NCBI GenBank assembly: GCA_019247335.1 | Contig: JAFAPB010000070.1 | Span: 1 to 50,805 of the forward strand | Direction of reading: 5' to 3' | DNA length: 50,805 nucleotides | From: Candidatus Kaiserbacteria bacterium | GTDB taxonomy: Bacteria > Patescibacteriota > Minisyncoccia > Phycocordibacterales > UBA2100 | Shown: positions 15,468 to 23,669 of the stretch, piece after piece | Numbering within the stretch: the first letter of the stretch is position 1 | Layout: every line of letters begins with the position of its first letter | Made by a program: the position numbers and the translations under genes | Notes under the pieces: generated by a model | Databases searched by the model: none | What the model was told of the DNA's origin: nothing | The model's input: the letters and a program-made list of their open reading frames with translations, nothing else

Positions 15468-16985
15468 ATGCAGGCGTTTATGCCGCTCCCCGAAAACAAC
15501 GTCCCGACGATCATGGCAGCCTTCGGCGCAACAGGCGACCTCATGCGTGTGAAAGTCATCCCCGCGCTCTTCCATCTCCATACGAAAGGCCAGCTGCCGA
15601 CGATGTTCCGCGTCGTCGGATTCTCGCGCCGCCCGTGGAGCGACGATGAATTTCGCGCACACGTGAAAGGCGTCGTCGATATACACACCAAAGGGCTTTT
15701 CGACGCGACGAAGATCGATTCGTTTCTCGATATATTCAGTTTCCAACGCGGCGATTTCGACGAGAAGGACAGCTACGAAGCGCTGAAAAAGACATTTGAC
15801 CGGCTCGATACCGAATGGGGCGTGTGCGCGAACAAGCTCTTTTATCTCGCGGTCGCGCCGGAATTTTATACGACTATAGCCACGCACGTCGCGCAGTCGA
15901 AGCTCTCCGAGCCATGCGCGCCCGGCGGCGGATGGACCCGCATCGTCGTCGAGAAGCCTTTCGGCGAAGATACGAAATCAGCTCGGAAGATCGACGAGCA
16001 CCTTGCGACGATATTCGACGAAAAGCAGATCTACCGCATCGATCATTATCTCGGCAAGGAAATGCTTCGCAACATTTTGATATTCCGATTCTCTAACAAT
16101 CTTTTCGAGATACCGTGGGGCAAGGAACTTATCGAGAAGATCAATATTCGTGTCGCGGAGTCGATCGGCGTCGAAAAGCGCGGACCTTTCTATGACGCGA
16201 CGGGCACCTTGCGCGACGTCGGGCAGAATCACTTGCTCCAAATAATCGCGCTTCTCACCATGGAGCGCCCGCGTACCTTCACCGATACGGCGATACGCGA
16301 GGAGCGCCGGAAAGCGCTTGAGCATATTAAAAAGCCGACGCTGCAACATATACAACGATATAGTTTCCGCGCACAGTACGAAGGATTTCGCGAAATTCCC
16401 GGTGTCGCAAAAGCGTCGAATACGGAAACATATTTTAAAGTGCGCGTTGATATCGATGCGCCGCGGTGGAAGGGCGTTCCGATCTATATGGAATGGGGGA
16501 AGCGTCTCGGCGAGGCGCAAAAGGAAATCGTGATCACCTTCAAGCATCCGCGGCCGTGCCTCTGCCCCCCGGGGAAGCATCATAAGAACGAGGTGATCAT
16601 CCGGCTCGAACCGAAGGAAGAAATTCTCATCGAATTCTGGTCGAAGAAACCCGGCTATACGCTTGAGACCGAAGCGCGCATGTTCCATTTCCTCTTTCGT
16701 GAGCGCGGCAGCACGGCGCAGTACACCGAAGAATATGAAAAAATGCTGCTCGATTGCATCGCCGGCGATCAGACGCTCTTTATTTCCACCGAAGAGATCC
16801 GTGCTATGTGGCGCTACATCGACCCGATCGTCGCGGCGTGGAAGAAAAATGCGACGCCGCTTCATTTCTATAAGCCGGATGACAAAAAAATAGTGGAGGA
16901 GGCGCGGGTCATCGAGAGCGGTGTACAAACGAGCGCGCGCGGCTATACTTCGGCCAGTCGGAAAAGGACTACAACACATGACTAA
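15468..16985 (+). CDS. zwf: Glucose-6-phosphate 1-dehydrogenase
   Basis: GATGDLMRVKVIPAL, EKPFGED, and the active-site motif RIDHYLGKE. The start is placed at ATG 15468; 15480 is also possible. The longer ORF overlaps the divergent riboswitch promoter. Confidence 0.9.
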   Translation: MQAFMPLPENNVPTIMAAFGATGDLMRVKVIPALFHLHTKGQLPTMFRVVGFSRRPWSDDEFRAHVKGVVDIHTKGLFDATKIDSFLDIFSFQRGDFDEKDSYEALKKTFDRLDTEWGVCANKLFYLAVAPEFYTTIATHVAQSKLSEPCAPGGGWTRIVVEKPFGEDTKSARKIDEHLATIFDEKQIYRIDHYLGKEMLRNILIFRFSNNLFEIPWGKELIEKINIRVAESIGVEKRGPFYDATGTLRDVGQNHLLQIIALLTMERPRTFTDTAIREERRKALEHIKKPTLQHIQRYSFRAQYEGFREIPGVAKASNTETYFKVRVDIDAPRWKGVPIYMEWGKRLGEAQKEIVITFKHPRPCLCPPGKHHKNEVIIRLEPKEEILIEFWSKKPGYTLETEARMFHFLFRERGSTAQYTEEYEKMLLDCIAGDQTLFISTEEIRAMWRYIDPIVAAWKKNATPLHFYKPDDKKIVEEARVIESGVQTSARGYTSASRKRTTTHD

Positions 16986-17883
16986 AAGCATCACACTCGT
17001 AGGTTTGGGAAAGATGGGTATCGGTATGGCGCAGCGGCTGCTTGAGAGCGGCTGGACCGTGCGCGGGTACGACCGGAATCCGGAAATAGCTAAGCAGCTC
17101 GAAAGCGCGGGCATGATAGCGCTCGAAAGTCTGGAGGAGATCCGCGAGGTGCCAACGCCGCGGCTTACTTGGATCATGGTCCCGGCGGGAAAGCCCGTAG
17201 ACGACGTGCTCGCCGAGCTTTCGAATGTGCTTGAAAAGGGCGACATCGTGATCGACGGGGGGAATTCTTTCTTCGAAGATTCCATCGCACGAGGAGAACG
17301 TCTCGCGGCGCAGGGCCTGCGCTTCATCGACGTCGGGTTCTCCGGTGGACCGCGCGGCGGGCGCGAAGGCGGATGCCTGATGGTGGGCGGCGACGAGAGC
17401 GCATTCAAAGAGCTTGAGCCGCTCTTCCAGGATCTCGCGCAAGATCGCACCGCATACGCGTTCTTTCCGGGCGCGGGCGCCGGGCACTTCGTGAAAATGG
17501 TCCACAACGGCATCGAATACGCCATGATGCAAGGCATCGCCGAAGGCTTCGCCGTCCTTAAGAAGGGACCGTTCAACATCGATCTGTTGCAAGCGGCGCA
17601 GATCTACAAGCAGGGAAGCGTCGTCACGTCCCGCCTCATCGACTGGACCGCTGAAGGCCTCAAGAAATACGGAGCCGATCTCGAAGAGATCTCCGGTTCG
17701 GTCGGTCACAGCGGGGAAGGTAAGTGGACAATCGAGACTGCGAGGAAATTCGGCATCCCCGTACCAGCCATCGAAGCGGCGTTCGAATTCCGCGTGCAGT
17801 CCGCGCAGCATCCGAATTTCATCGGACAGATGGTCTCGATGATGCGCAACATGTTCGGCGGACACGACGTGAGCAAGAAATAG
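16978..17883 (+). CDS. gnd: 6-phosphogluconate dehydrogenase (decarboxylating), short ~300-aa form
   Basis: MTKSITLVGLGKMGIGMAQRLL...GGNSFF...GFSGGPRGGREGGCLMVGG...HFVKMVHNGIEYAMMQ. It overlaps the zwf stop by 8 nt. Confidence 0.9.
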   Translation: MTKSITLVGLGKMGIGMAQRLLESGWTVRGYDRNPEIAKQLESAGMIALESLEEIREVPTPRLTWIMVPAGKPVDDVLAELSNVLEKGDIVIDGGNSFFEDSIARGERLAAQGLRFIDVGFSGGPRGGREGGCLMVGGDESAFKELEPLFQDLAQDRTAYAFFPGAGAGHFVKMVHNGIEYAMMQGIAEGFAVLKKGPFNIDLLQAAQIYKQGSVVTSRLIDWTAEGLKKYGADLEEISGSVGHSGEGKWTIETARKFGIPVPAIEAAFEFRVQSAQHPNFIGQMVSMMRNMFGGHDVSKK

Positions 17884-17903
17884 CGCATCAGAAGCAAAAA
17901 ATG

Positions 17904-17928
17904 ATCCCGGGTCGTCATGACCCGGGAT
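17904..17928. terminator. Bidirectional terminator hairpin between gnd and the convergent hypothetical gene
   Basis: ATCCCGGGTC-GTCAT-GACCCGGGAT (10-bp stem), with an A-run upstream and TTCCTCTTT downstream. Confidence 0.7.
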
Positions 17929-17951
17929 TTCCTCTTTCATATTCGCGCCGA

Positions 17952-18470
17952 TCAGGCCGCGAGCGTGCGCATTGCGATGAAATCTTCTTGTGGCGAATAG
18001 GTGCGGTCCGCAAGCCGGACATCGAGGCGGCGCTGGTTGTTGCCGTGATTCACGTCAAGAATGAATCGCGCGCCGGCGAACGGTTCGATCGGCCGCATGG
18101 CGACCGGCAGCTTTTCTCGCGGCGGTTGATCGCGATACTCGGCGCGGAATGCGAGGGCGGCGTCGACCGTGCAGTCCTCGAATTGTGCCGCACGAAAGCG
18201 TTCGAATAATACCTCGTCTTTGAGCGGCTCCTCAACGCCGACCGCCCATCCGCAGATGCGATAGATATCGACGCGGACTTTCGAGGCCGCGAAACTCGAC
18301 TCTGCCGCTCGGAGCACGGCCTCGACATGATCCGTATTCAATACGCATCCGGACCGTTTGAGCAGCTTCTTGTATTCATCGACGGTACGGTGCAGACCGA
18401 TCGTAACGGTTGCAAGGCGTAGGGGGCGTACCACCTGTGGACCAGTCGATTCACCTGTTGTCGCAAGCAT
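17952..18470 (-). CDS. Hypothetical protein (172 aa)
   Basis: GC3-rich ORF. I chose ATG 18470 so that it does not overlap the divergent gene and its promoter. I recognised no motif. Confidence 0.45.
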   Translation of the reverse strand: MLATTGESTGPQVVRPLRLATVTIGLHRTVDEYKKLLKRSGCVLNTDHVEAVLRAAESSFAASKVRVDIYRICGWAVGVEEPLKDEVLFERFRAAQFEDCTVDAALAFRAEYRDQPPREKLPVAMRPIEPFAGARFILDVNHGNNQRRLDVRLADRTYSPQEDFIAMRTLAA

Positions 18471-18651
18471 GATCTCTCTCGCTGTTGCCGAAGGATCAGA
18501 AGACCTTTTTACCCATGTATATCTAATCCGATAAGGGTTTGCTGCCGTCTTTATGGCATGTGTCGTGATTTTCGCAACGGCGGTCGATTTTGACAATGGA
18601 TGGAAAAAATGTTCTATGGCAACAGCTGCTGTCAGATTGGGAGGACGAGAA

Positions 18652-19122
18652 ATGAACGCAGATGCGGCAAAATCGGCAACGCCTGCCGAAAACCGAAGGG
18701 AGCGCAAACGGCCCCAGCGCGCTGCCACTCGCGAGGTCGTCTGGAAAGGCAACGGCCTCTTCGCCGTTGCGGTCCCAGAAAAATGCCCGATACACGCGGG
18801 CGAATATATCGGTCACCGCTATGCCCAGCTTCGCAACGAATTCGTGGTGTCAGGTCTCGGCCAATATGTACAGACCTACCTGCACGAGTCGCCGGCTGCC
18901 TCGATCGCCGATGCGCTCGGCAAGACGGTTCCGTGCCGTCTGGAGATCGTGCGGCTGACGTATCCGGACAAACGCGTTCGCTACGATCTGAATTTCTTTA
19001 CGGCGATCGGCAGGTACGACAGGACCGTTTCCGTCGAGCGGAAAGCGCCGATCGGCGTTGCCGAGGTCGCCCGCGTGAAGCTTCCGAAGGACGCAGGCGT
19101 GATCTTCATCGGCAAAAAGTGA
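18652..19122 (+). CDS. Hypothetical protein (156 aa)
   Basis: ATG 18652 is preceded by GGGAGGA, and TTGACA lies ~55 nt upstream. A basic N-terminus (RRERKRPQR) is followed by a region I could not recognise. Confidence 0.5.
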   Translation: MNADAAKSATPAENRRERKRPQRAATREVVWKGNGLFAVAVPEKCPIHAGEYIGHRYAQLRNEFVVSGLGQYVQTYLHESPAASIADALGKTVPCRLEIVRLTYPDKRVRYDLNFFTAIGRYDRTVSVERKAPIGVAEVARVKLPKDAGVIFIGKK

Positions 19123-19141
19123 TCGCGAGCGGAGATACGAG

Positions 19142-19175
19142 GAGGCTGCGGTAATGACCGCAGCCTCGAACTTTT
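19142..19175 (+). terminator. Intrinsic terminator
   Basis: GAGGCTGCGG-TAATGA-CCGCAGCCTC followed by GAACTTTT. Confidence 0.7.
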
Positions 19176-19189
19176 GATACAGTGGTGCC

Positions 19190-20470
19190 ATGCCATTGCC
19201 GGGGAATATTTATATGGTCGGGATCGGGGGGATTGGGATGTCAGCGCTCGCGCAACTGCTTCTCGCGCGCGGCAAAACCGTGAGCGGCTCCGACAGGGAA
19301 GAGTCGCCGACCGTCGTGCTCCTCCTTGAAAAGGGGGTGCACGTGTGGGTCGGGCACGATCAGTGCAACATACCGGCCGACACGCAGCTGCTCATCTATA
19401 GCGATGCGGTGCCATCCTCCAATCGCGAGCGTGAACGGGCAAAGGAGATGAATATCCCCGAGATGTCATATTTCACGGCGCTCGGTGAGATCTCGAAACA
19501 AATGCGCACCATCGCGGTCGCCGGCACGCACGGCAAGACGACGACGACGGGGATGCTTGCGAAAATCTTGGAATATAGCGAAAAAGAGCCGACCGCGATC
19601 GTGGGATCCATCGTGCGCGATTTCGGATCGAATTTTCTCGAGGGACGTGAAGATCTGCTCGTCGTCGAAGCATGCGAATACCGCGATCATCTGCTCGAGC
19701 TCAATCCGGAGATCCTTGTGATCACTAATATCGAACTCGACCACACGGATTATTTCCCAAACCTTGAGGCGCTGCAGGCGACCTTCCGCAAAGCCGCGGC
19801 GAAGGTGCCCGCGCACGGCTGCATCGTGACGAATCCGTACGATCCCGTCATTGCCGCCGCGCTTTCCGAGGCCACCGCGCCGATACTCGATTATACGACG
19901 CAGACGGTGCCGGAACTGCATCAGATAGGGGAATTCAATCGCATGAATGCGCGCGCCGCGAAGGCTGCGGCGCGCGCCGCCTTCCCGCATCTACAGGAAG
20001 AATATACCGATCGCGCGCTCCTCGAATTCCAGGGCTCGTGGCGCCGCTTCGAATACAAAGGAGAGACGCCGCAGGGCGCGCTCGTCTACGACGATTATGC
20101 GCACCATCCGACCGCGATTCAGAAAACCGTTGAGGCGGCGCGCGAGCATTTTCCCGGCTGGCGAATCGTCGTTGCGTTTCATCCGCATACGTATTCGCGC
20201 ACGCGAAGTTTGATGAAAGAATTCGCGGTCGCGCTCTCCTTGCCGGATGTGTCGATCATCGCGCCGATCTATGCCGCTCGCGAAGCCGCCGATCCGGCCG
20301 TCTCGAACCACTCGCTCGCCGATGCGGTGAAGCAGAATGCCGGCGTCGCGCTCGCGCTCGACTCATTCGACGCGATCCGCGAGCGTTTGCTCGAAGAAAA
20401 AGAGAACACGCTCATCATCACGATGGGTGCAGGCGATATTTATAAAGTCGCGGAGCAGATCGCCGACTAG
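19190..20470 (+). CDS. murC: UDP-N-acetylmuramate--L-alanine ligase
   Basis: IYMVGIGGIGMSALAQLLLARGKTVSGSD, the P-loop GTHGKTTTTGMLA, and a Mur-ligase C-terminal domain. Confidence 0.9.
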   Translation: MPLPGNIYMVGIGGIGMSALAQLLLARGKTVSGSDREESPTVVLLLEKGVHVWVGHDQCNIPADTQLLIYSDAVPSSNRERERAKEMNIPEMSYFTALGEISKQMRTIAVAGTHGKTTTTGMLAKILEYSEKEPTAIVGSIVRDFGSNFLEGREDLLVVEACEYRDHLLELNPEILVITNIELDHTDYFPNLEALQATFRKAAAKVPAHGCIVTNPYDPVIAAALSEATAPILDYTTQTVPELHQIGEFNRMNARAAKAAARAAFPHLQEEYTDRALLEFQGSWRRFEYKGETPQGALVYDDYAHHPTAIQKTVEAAREHFPGWRIVVAFHPHTYSRTRSLMKEFAVALSLPDVSIIAPIYAAREAADPAVSNHSLADAVKQNAGVALALDSFDAIRERLLEEKENTLIITMGAGDIYKVAEQIAD

Positions 20471-20507
20471 ACTCGCCCGCGGCGGCGATTAGTGATAGCG
20501 TCACCGC

Positions 20508-21203
20508 ATGAGCGATGAGTCATATGAAAAAGAGCCGGGACGGCTATCCGTCGTCGCGACGCCCATCGGGAACATGGGCGATCTGACCTTCCGCGGCCTC
20601 TGGAATCTCAAAGAGGCGAATGTGATCTATGCGGAAGACACACGCGTCATTTCAAAGCTGCTCGCGCATTACGGGCTTCGCACGAGCGTGCAGCGGCTCG
20701 ATGCGGCGACAGAGAGCAAAAAAATGAAAGAAGTCGCCGAGCGACTCCGTGCGGGCGAACGCGTCGTGCTTGTCTCCGACGCCGGCACGCCCGCGATCTC
20801 CGATCCCGGCGCGCGCCTGGTCGCATACATCCGCGAAAATGCGCCGGAAGCGATCATCGATGCTATCCCGGGGCCTTCGTCCATTACCGCTGCGCTTTCG
20901 ATCGCCGGGCTCGAAGGCGATGGCTTTACCTTTATCGGCTTTTTGCCGCATAAAAAAGGTCGGCAGACCGCAATTCAAAAAATAGCGAAAAGCGAGTATC
21001 CGGTCGTCCTTTTCGAATCGCCGCACCGCATCGTGAAATTACTCGGCGAATTCGCGAAAGCCGGTATTAAAAAAGTGTCGCTCGCGCGCGAGCTCACCAA
21101 ACTGCACGAAGAATTAATTTCCGGCGAGCCTGCGGCGCTCGCAAAAGATCTCCAGAAACGCGGCGCCGCGCGCGGCGAATTCGTCGTGATAGCCCTTCCG
21201 TAG
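20508..21203 (+). CDS. rsmI: 16S rRNA (cytidine1402-2'-O)-methyltransferase
   Basis: Tetrapyrrole-methylase-fold signature: LSVVATPIGNMGDLTFRGL...AEDTR...LVSDAGTPAISDPG...ESPHR. Confidence 0.85.
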   Translation: MSDESYEKEPGRLSVVATPIGNMGDLTFRGLWNLKEANVIYAEDTRVISKLLAHYGLRTSVQRLDAATESKKMKEVAERLRAGERVVLVSDAGTPAISDPGARLVAYIRENAPEAIIDAIPGPSSITAALSIAGLEGDGFTFIGFLPHKKGRQTAIQKIAKSEYPVVLFESPHRIVKLLGEFAKAGIKKVSLARELTKLHEELISGEPAALAKDLQKRGAARGEFVVIALP

Positions 21204-21219
21204 CTGCTATCATTCATTT

Positions 21220-22248
21220 ATGCGGGGCTTTGAAAGCTTCAAACGATCCGACGCACTAGGCGGACGCACTAGGACCGGTAACTTCGCCGAACAAGCGGAG
21301 AAAGAGATGAACGAAGACATGCTTCAGGAGCATGCTGCCTGTGTAGAAAAGTACACAGAAACCGCCGCGACGATCTTAAATTGGCTAAAAGCTTTAGACC
21401 TAAAGGAAGTTGGCAATATTTTTTCCGAATATCTCACGAAATCCGGCATTCCCGTCGAACACTGGAATGTTGCGGAGAAATTCTATTTATATGAGGGCGT
21501 CGGTGATAACGAGATGGCATACAATTCCGCGTCAAATGCAATACGAATCAACGTTAAATATTATGACGAATTATTATTGAGATATGACGAGGACGAAGTC
21601 TTCGTGAGATTCATGCACGCGCTCTTCCACGAAACAGCGCATTCCACGAGCTACAACAAAATAGAATGGGACGTGGAATTTGGCGAAACTAATATGCGGG
21701 CGGATTTAAAACAGCAAACCGGCTTTGACGCCAATGTGGCGTCGAAGCGCATTGACAACGGACGGAAGAGCGATGAGCAAATGCGCGTTTTCGAGCTGTT
21801 CAATGAAGGTATTACCGAGCAAATTGCGCACGAAGTAGTGCTTGAGTATGTGAGGCGGCGGCCCACGAGTATTGAACCTTCAAAATTTAAGCGCACTACT
21901 ACAAATTACTTAGAAAGTGAAATATTCGAGGGCACAAACGATTACGATGCGGCGCGCCAAATGATTACAGCCATTGTCCTCAGTATTTCTGAGCAGACCA
22001 ACGTGCCGGAGAAAGTCGTATGGCGCGGATTCGTCCGTCAGTATTACACCGGAGAAATGACCCCCGGCGATGTGGTAGAGCTTCTCAACGAAACATTCGG
22101 AAGCAACTTCGGGGAGCGCATAGCTGAAGCAAAAGATGGTACTGATTTGCGCGAATTAGCCTTGTCTTTGCGCTCGTTAAGCACGCATTACCCGGATGTC
22201 GCGCAGAAATGGCTTGACCATCTTCATGTAACCCGCGGCGCACAGTAA
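21220..22248 (+). CDS. HExxH-motif protein (putative zinc metallopeptidase), in a lower-GC segment
   Basis: FMHALFHETAHS contains HExxH. ATG 21220 lies 6 nt after TGcTATCAT. An alternative start at ATG 21307 is preceded by GGAGAAAGAG. A 13-nt tandem duplication lies between the two candidate starts. Confidence 0.55.
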   Translation: MRGFESFKRSDALGGRTRTGNFAEQAEKEMNEDMLQEHAACVEKYTETAATILNWLKALDLKEVGNIFSEYLTKSGIPVEHWNVAEKFYLYEGVGDNEMAYNSASNAIRINVKYYDELLLRYDEDEVFVRFMHALFHETAHSTSYNKIEWDVEFGETNMRADLKQQTGFDANVASKRIDNGRKSDEQMRVFELFNEGITEQIAHEVVLEYVRRRPTSIEPSKFKRTTTNYLESEIFEGTNDYDAARQMITAIVLSISEQTNVPEKVVWRGFVRQYYTGEMTPGDVVELLNETFGSNFGERIAEAKDGTDLRELALSLRSLSTHYPDVAQKWLDHLHVTRGAQ

Positions 22249-22289
22249 GTTGAAAATAAGCGTGCGGACGACGGTGCTATACTCGAGTT

Positions 22290-22478
22290 ATGACACTCGA
22301 CACCCTCATTATTCTCGCCGGCGTGCTCACCGCTACCCTGCCTTTCCTTGGATTTCCCCATAGTTGGGACACGGTGTTCTTCTTTTTGCTCGGCGTGTTC
22401 GTGATCGCGCTCGGCATCGTCGTGCGCCGCCGCAGAAAAGATCTCTCGCCTCGTCGCGACCCGCTTCTCGAAGAATAG
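22290..22478 (+). CDS. Small two-TM membrane protein (62 aa)
   Basis: ATG lies 6 nt after TGcTATACT. There are two hydrophobic helices followed by RRRRKD. Its stop is 5 nt before the next ATG. Confidence 0.45.
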   Translation: MTLDTLIILAGVLTATLPFLGFPHSWDTVFFFLLGVFVIALGIVVRRRRKDLSPRRDPLLEE

Positions 22479-22483
22479 TGACC

Positions 22484-23644
22484 ATGCCGGGAGTAAACAG
22501 AATGCATGCGGCGTTGGAATTCTCCCGACCCGCCCTCTGGGGGATCGCATTCGGCCTCGCGGTCGTCGCTGTCGTGTATATATACGAGGCCGCGAATATC
22601 GGCGGGCTCGGCTATACGCGCGACGCAGCAGCAGCGGTCGTCGCGACATCAACGCAGGTGCAGACGCCGCCTCCGCCGAAATATCCGCCGCTCGATAAAG
22701 CTGCTTACGACAAAAAGATGTGGCAACTCGCCAACGCGACGACGGCCGACCCCGTCATTCTCGTCGTCGCGACATCAAGCGCCTCTTCCACGAGCGCGAC
22801 ATCGACGCCTAAGAAAAAACCGCTCTGGCCGGTCACAGCCGCGCCGTATCCGAAAGACGGCGCGCTCCTGCCGTTCAATCGCATCGTCGCGTACTACGGC
22901 AATTTTTATTCAAAAGGCATGGGTGTCCTTGGTCAGTACCCGACGGATGTGATGCTGCAGAAACTCGCGTCGACGACGGAGGCGTGGCGCAAAGCCGATC
23001 CCGCGACGCCGGTCATTCCCGCGATCCACTACATCGTCGAGACGGCGCAGGGCAGCGCACAGGCAGACGGCACGTATCGCCTGCAGATGCCGGATAGCCA
23101 GATCGATCACGCGCTCGATCTAGCTACGCAGATCCACGGCATCGTCTTTCTCGATTTCCAGGTAGGGAAGAGCACGCTGCAGAAAGACCTGCCGGTCTAT
23201 GAGAAATATTTGAAAATGCCGAATGTGCACCTGGGCATCGATCCAGAGTTCTCGATGAAAGACGGCGTGCCGCCCGGAAGAGAGATCGGCACCTTCGACG
23301 CGAGTGACGTGAATTTCGCGGCGCAGTATCTCGCAAAACTCGTGGATGAGTATGACCTGCCGCCGAAAATCCTTATCGTGCATCGCTTCACTGAAGATAT
23401 GGTTACACATGCGAAACAGATCAAGCCGCTCCCCGAAGTGCAGATCGTGATGGATATGGACGGGTGGGGATCGAAGGCGAAAAAGACGGGCACGTACAAT
23501 CAGGTGATCTACCCCGAGCCCGTGCAGTTCACCGGATTCAAGCTCTTTTACAAAAATGACATTCTGCCGCCCTCGACCGGCATGTTTACGCCCAAGGAGC
23601 TGCTGCTTTTCAAGCCGCAGCCGATCTACATCCAATATCAGTAG
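22484..23644 (+). CDS. Membrane-anchored hypothetical protein (386 aa), possibly cell-envelope related
   Basis: N-terminal TM (ALWGIAFGLAVVAVVYIY), a Pro/Ser/Thr linker, then a globular domain (..VAYYGNFYSKGMGVLGQYP..VHLGIDPEF..IVHRF..). I could not assign a family. Confidence 0.55.
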   Translation: MPGVNRMHAALEFSRPALWGIAFGLAVVAVVYIYEAANIGGLGYTRDAAAAVVATSTQVQTPPPPKYPPLDKAAYDKKMWQLANATTADPVILVVATSSASSTSATSTPKKKPLWPVTAAPYPKDGALLPFNRIVAYYGNFYSKGMGVLGQYPTDVMLQKLASTTEAWRKADPATPVIPAIHYIVETAQGSAQADGTYRLQMPDSQIDHALDLATQIHGIVFLDFQVGKSTLQKDLPVYEKYLKMPNVHLGIDPEFSMKDGVPPGREIGTFDASDVNFAAQYLAKLVDEYDLPPKILIVHRFTEDMVTHAKQIKPLPEVQIVMDMDGWGSKAKKTGTYNQVIYPEPVQFTGFKLFYKNDILPPSTGMFTPKELLLFKPQPIYIQYQ

Positions 23645-23669
23645 CCGCAGGATGATAAAATTTCGGTAA

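Noticed and set aside
15978-17940. Very long antisense ORFs (533 aa at 15978..17579 and 323 aa at 16969..17940) opposite zwf and gnd
   Set aside because: These are typical shadow ORFs of GC-rich coding DNA. The sense strand carries unmistakable Zwf (RIDHYLGKE) and Gnd motifs, and the antisense products are Arg/Pro/Ser-rich with no motifs.
18471-18560. Six-codon mini-ORF (ATGGGTAAAAAGGTCTTCTGA, minus strand) just downstream of a TAGATA/TATACA -10-like box in the divergent control region
   Set aside because: It is too short to evaluate and is out of frame with the 172-aa gene. It could be a leader peptide, but nothing in the sequence supports that.
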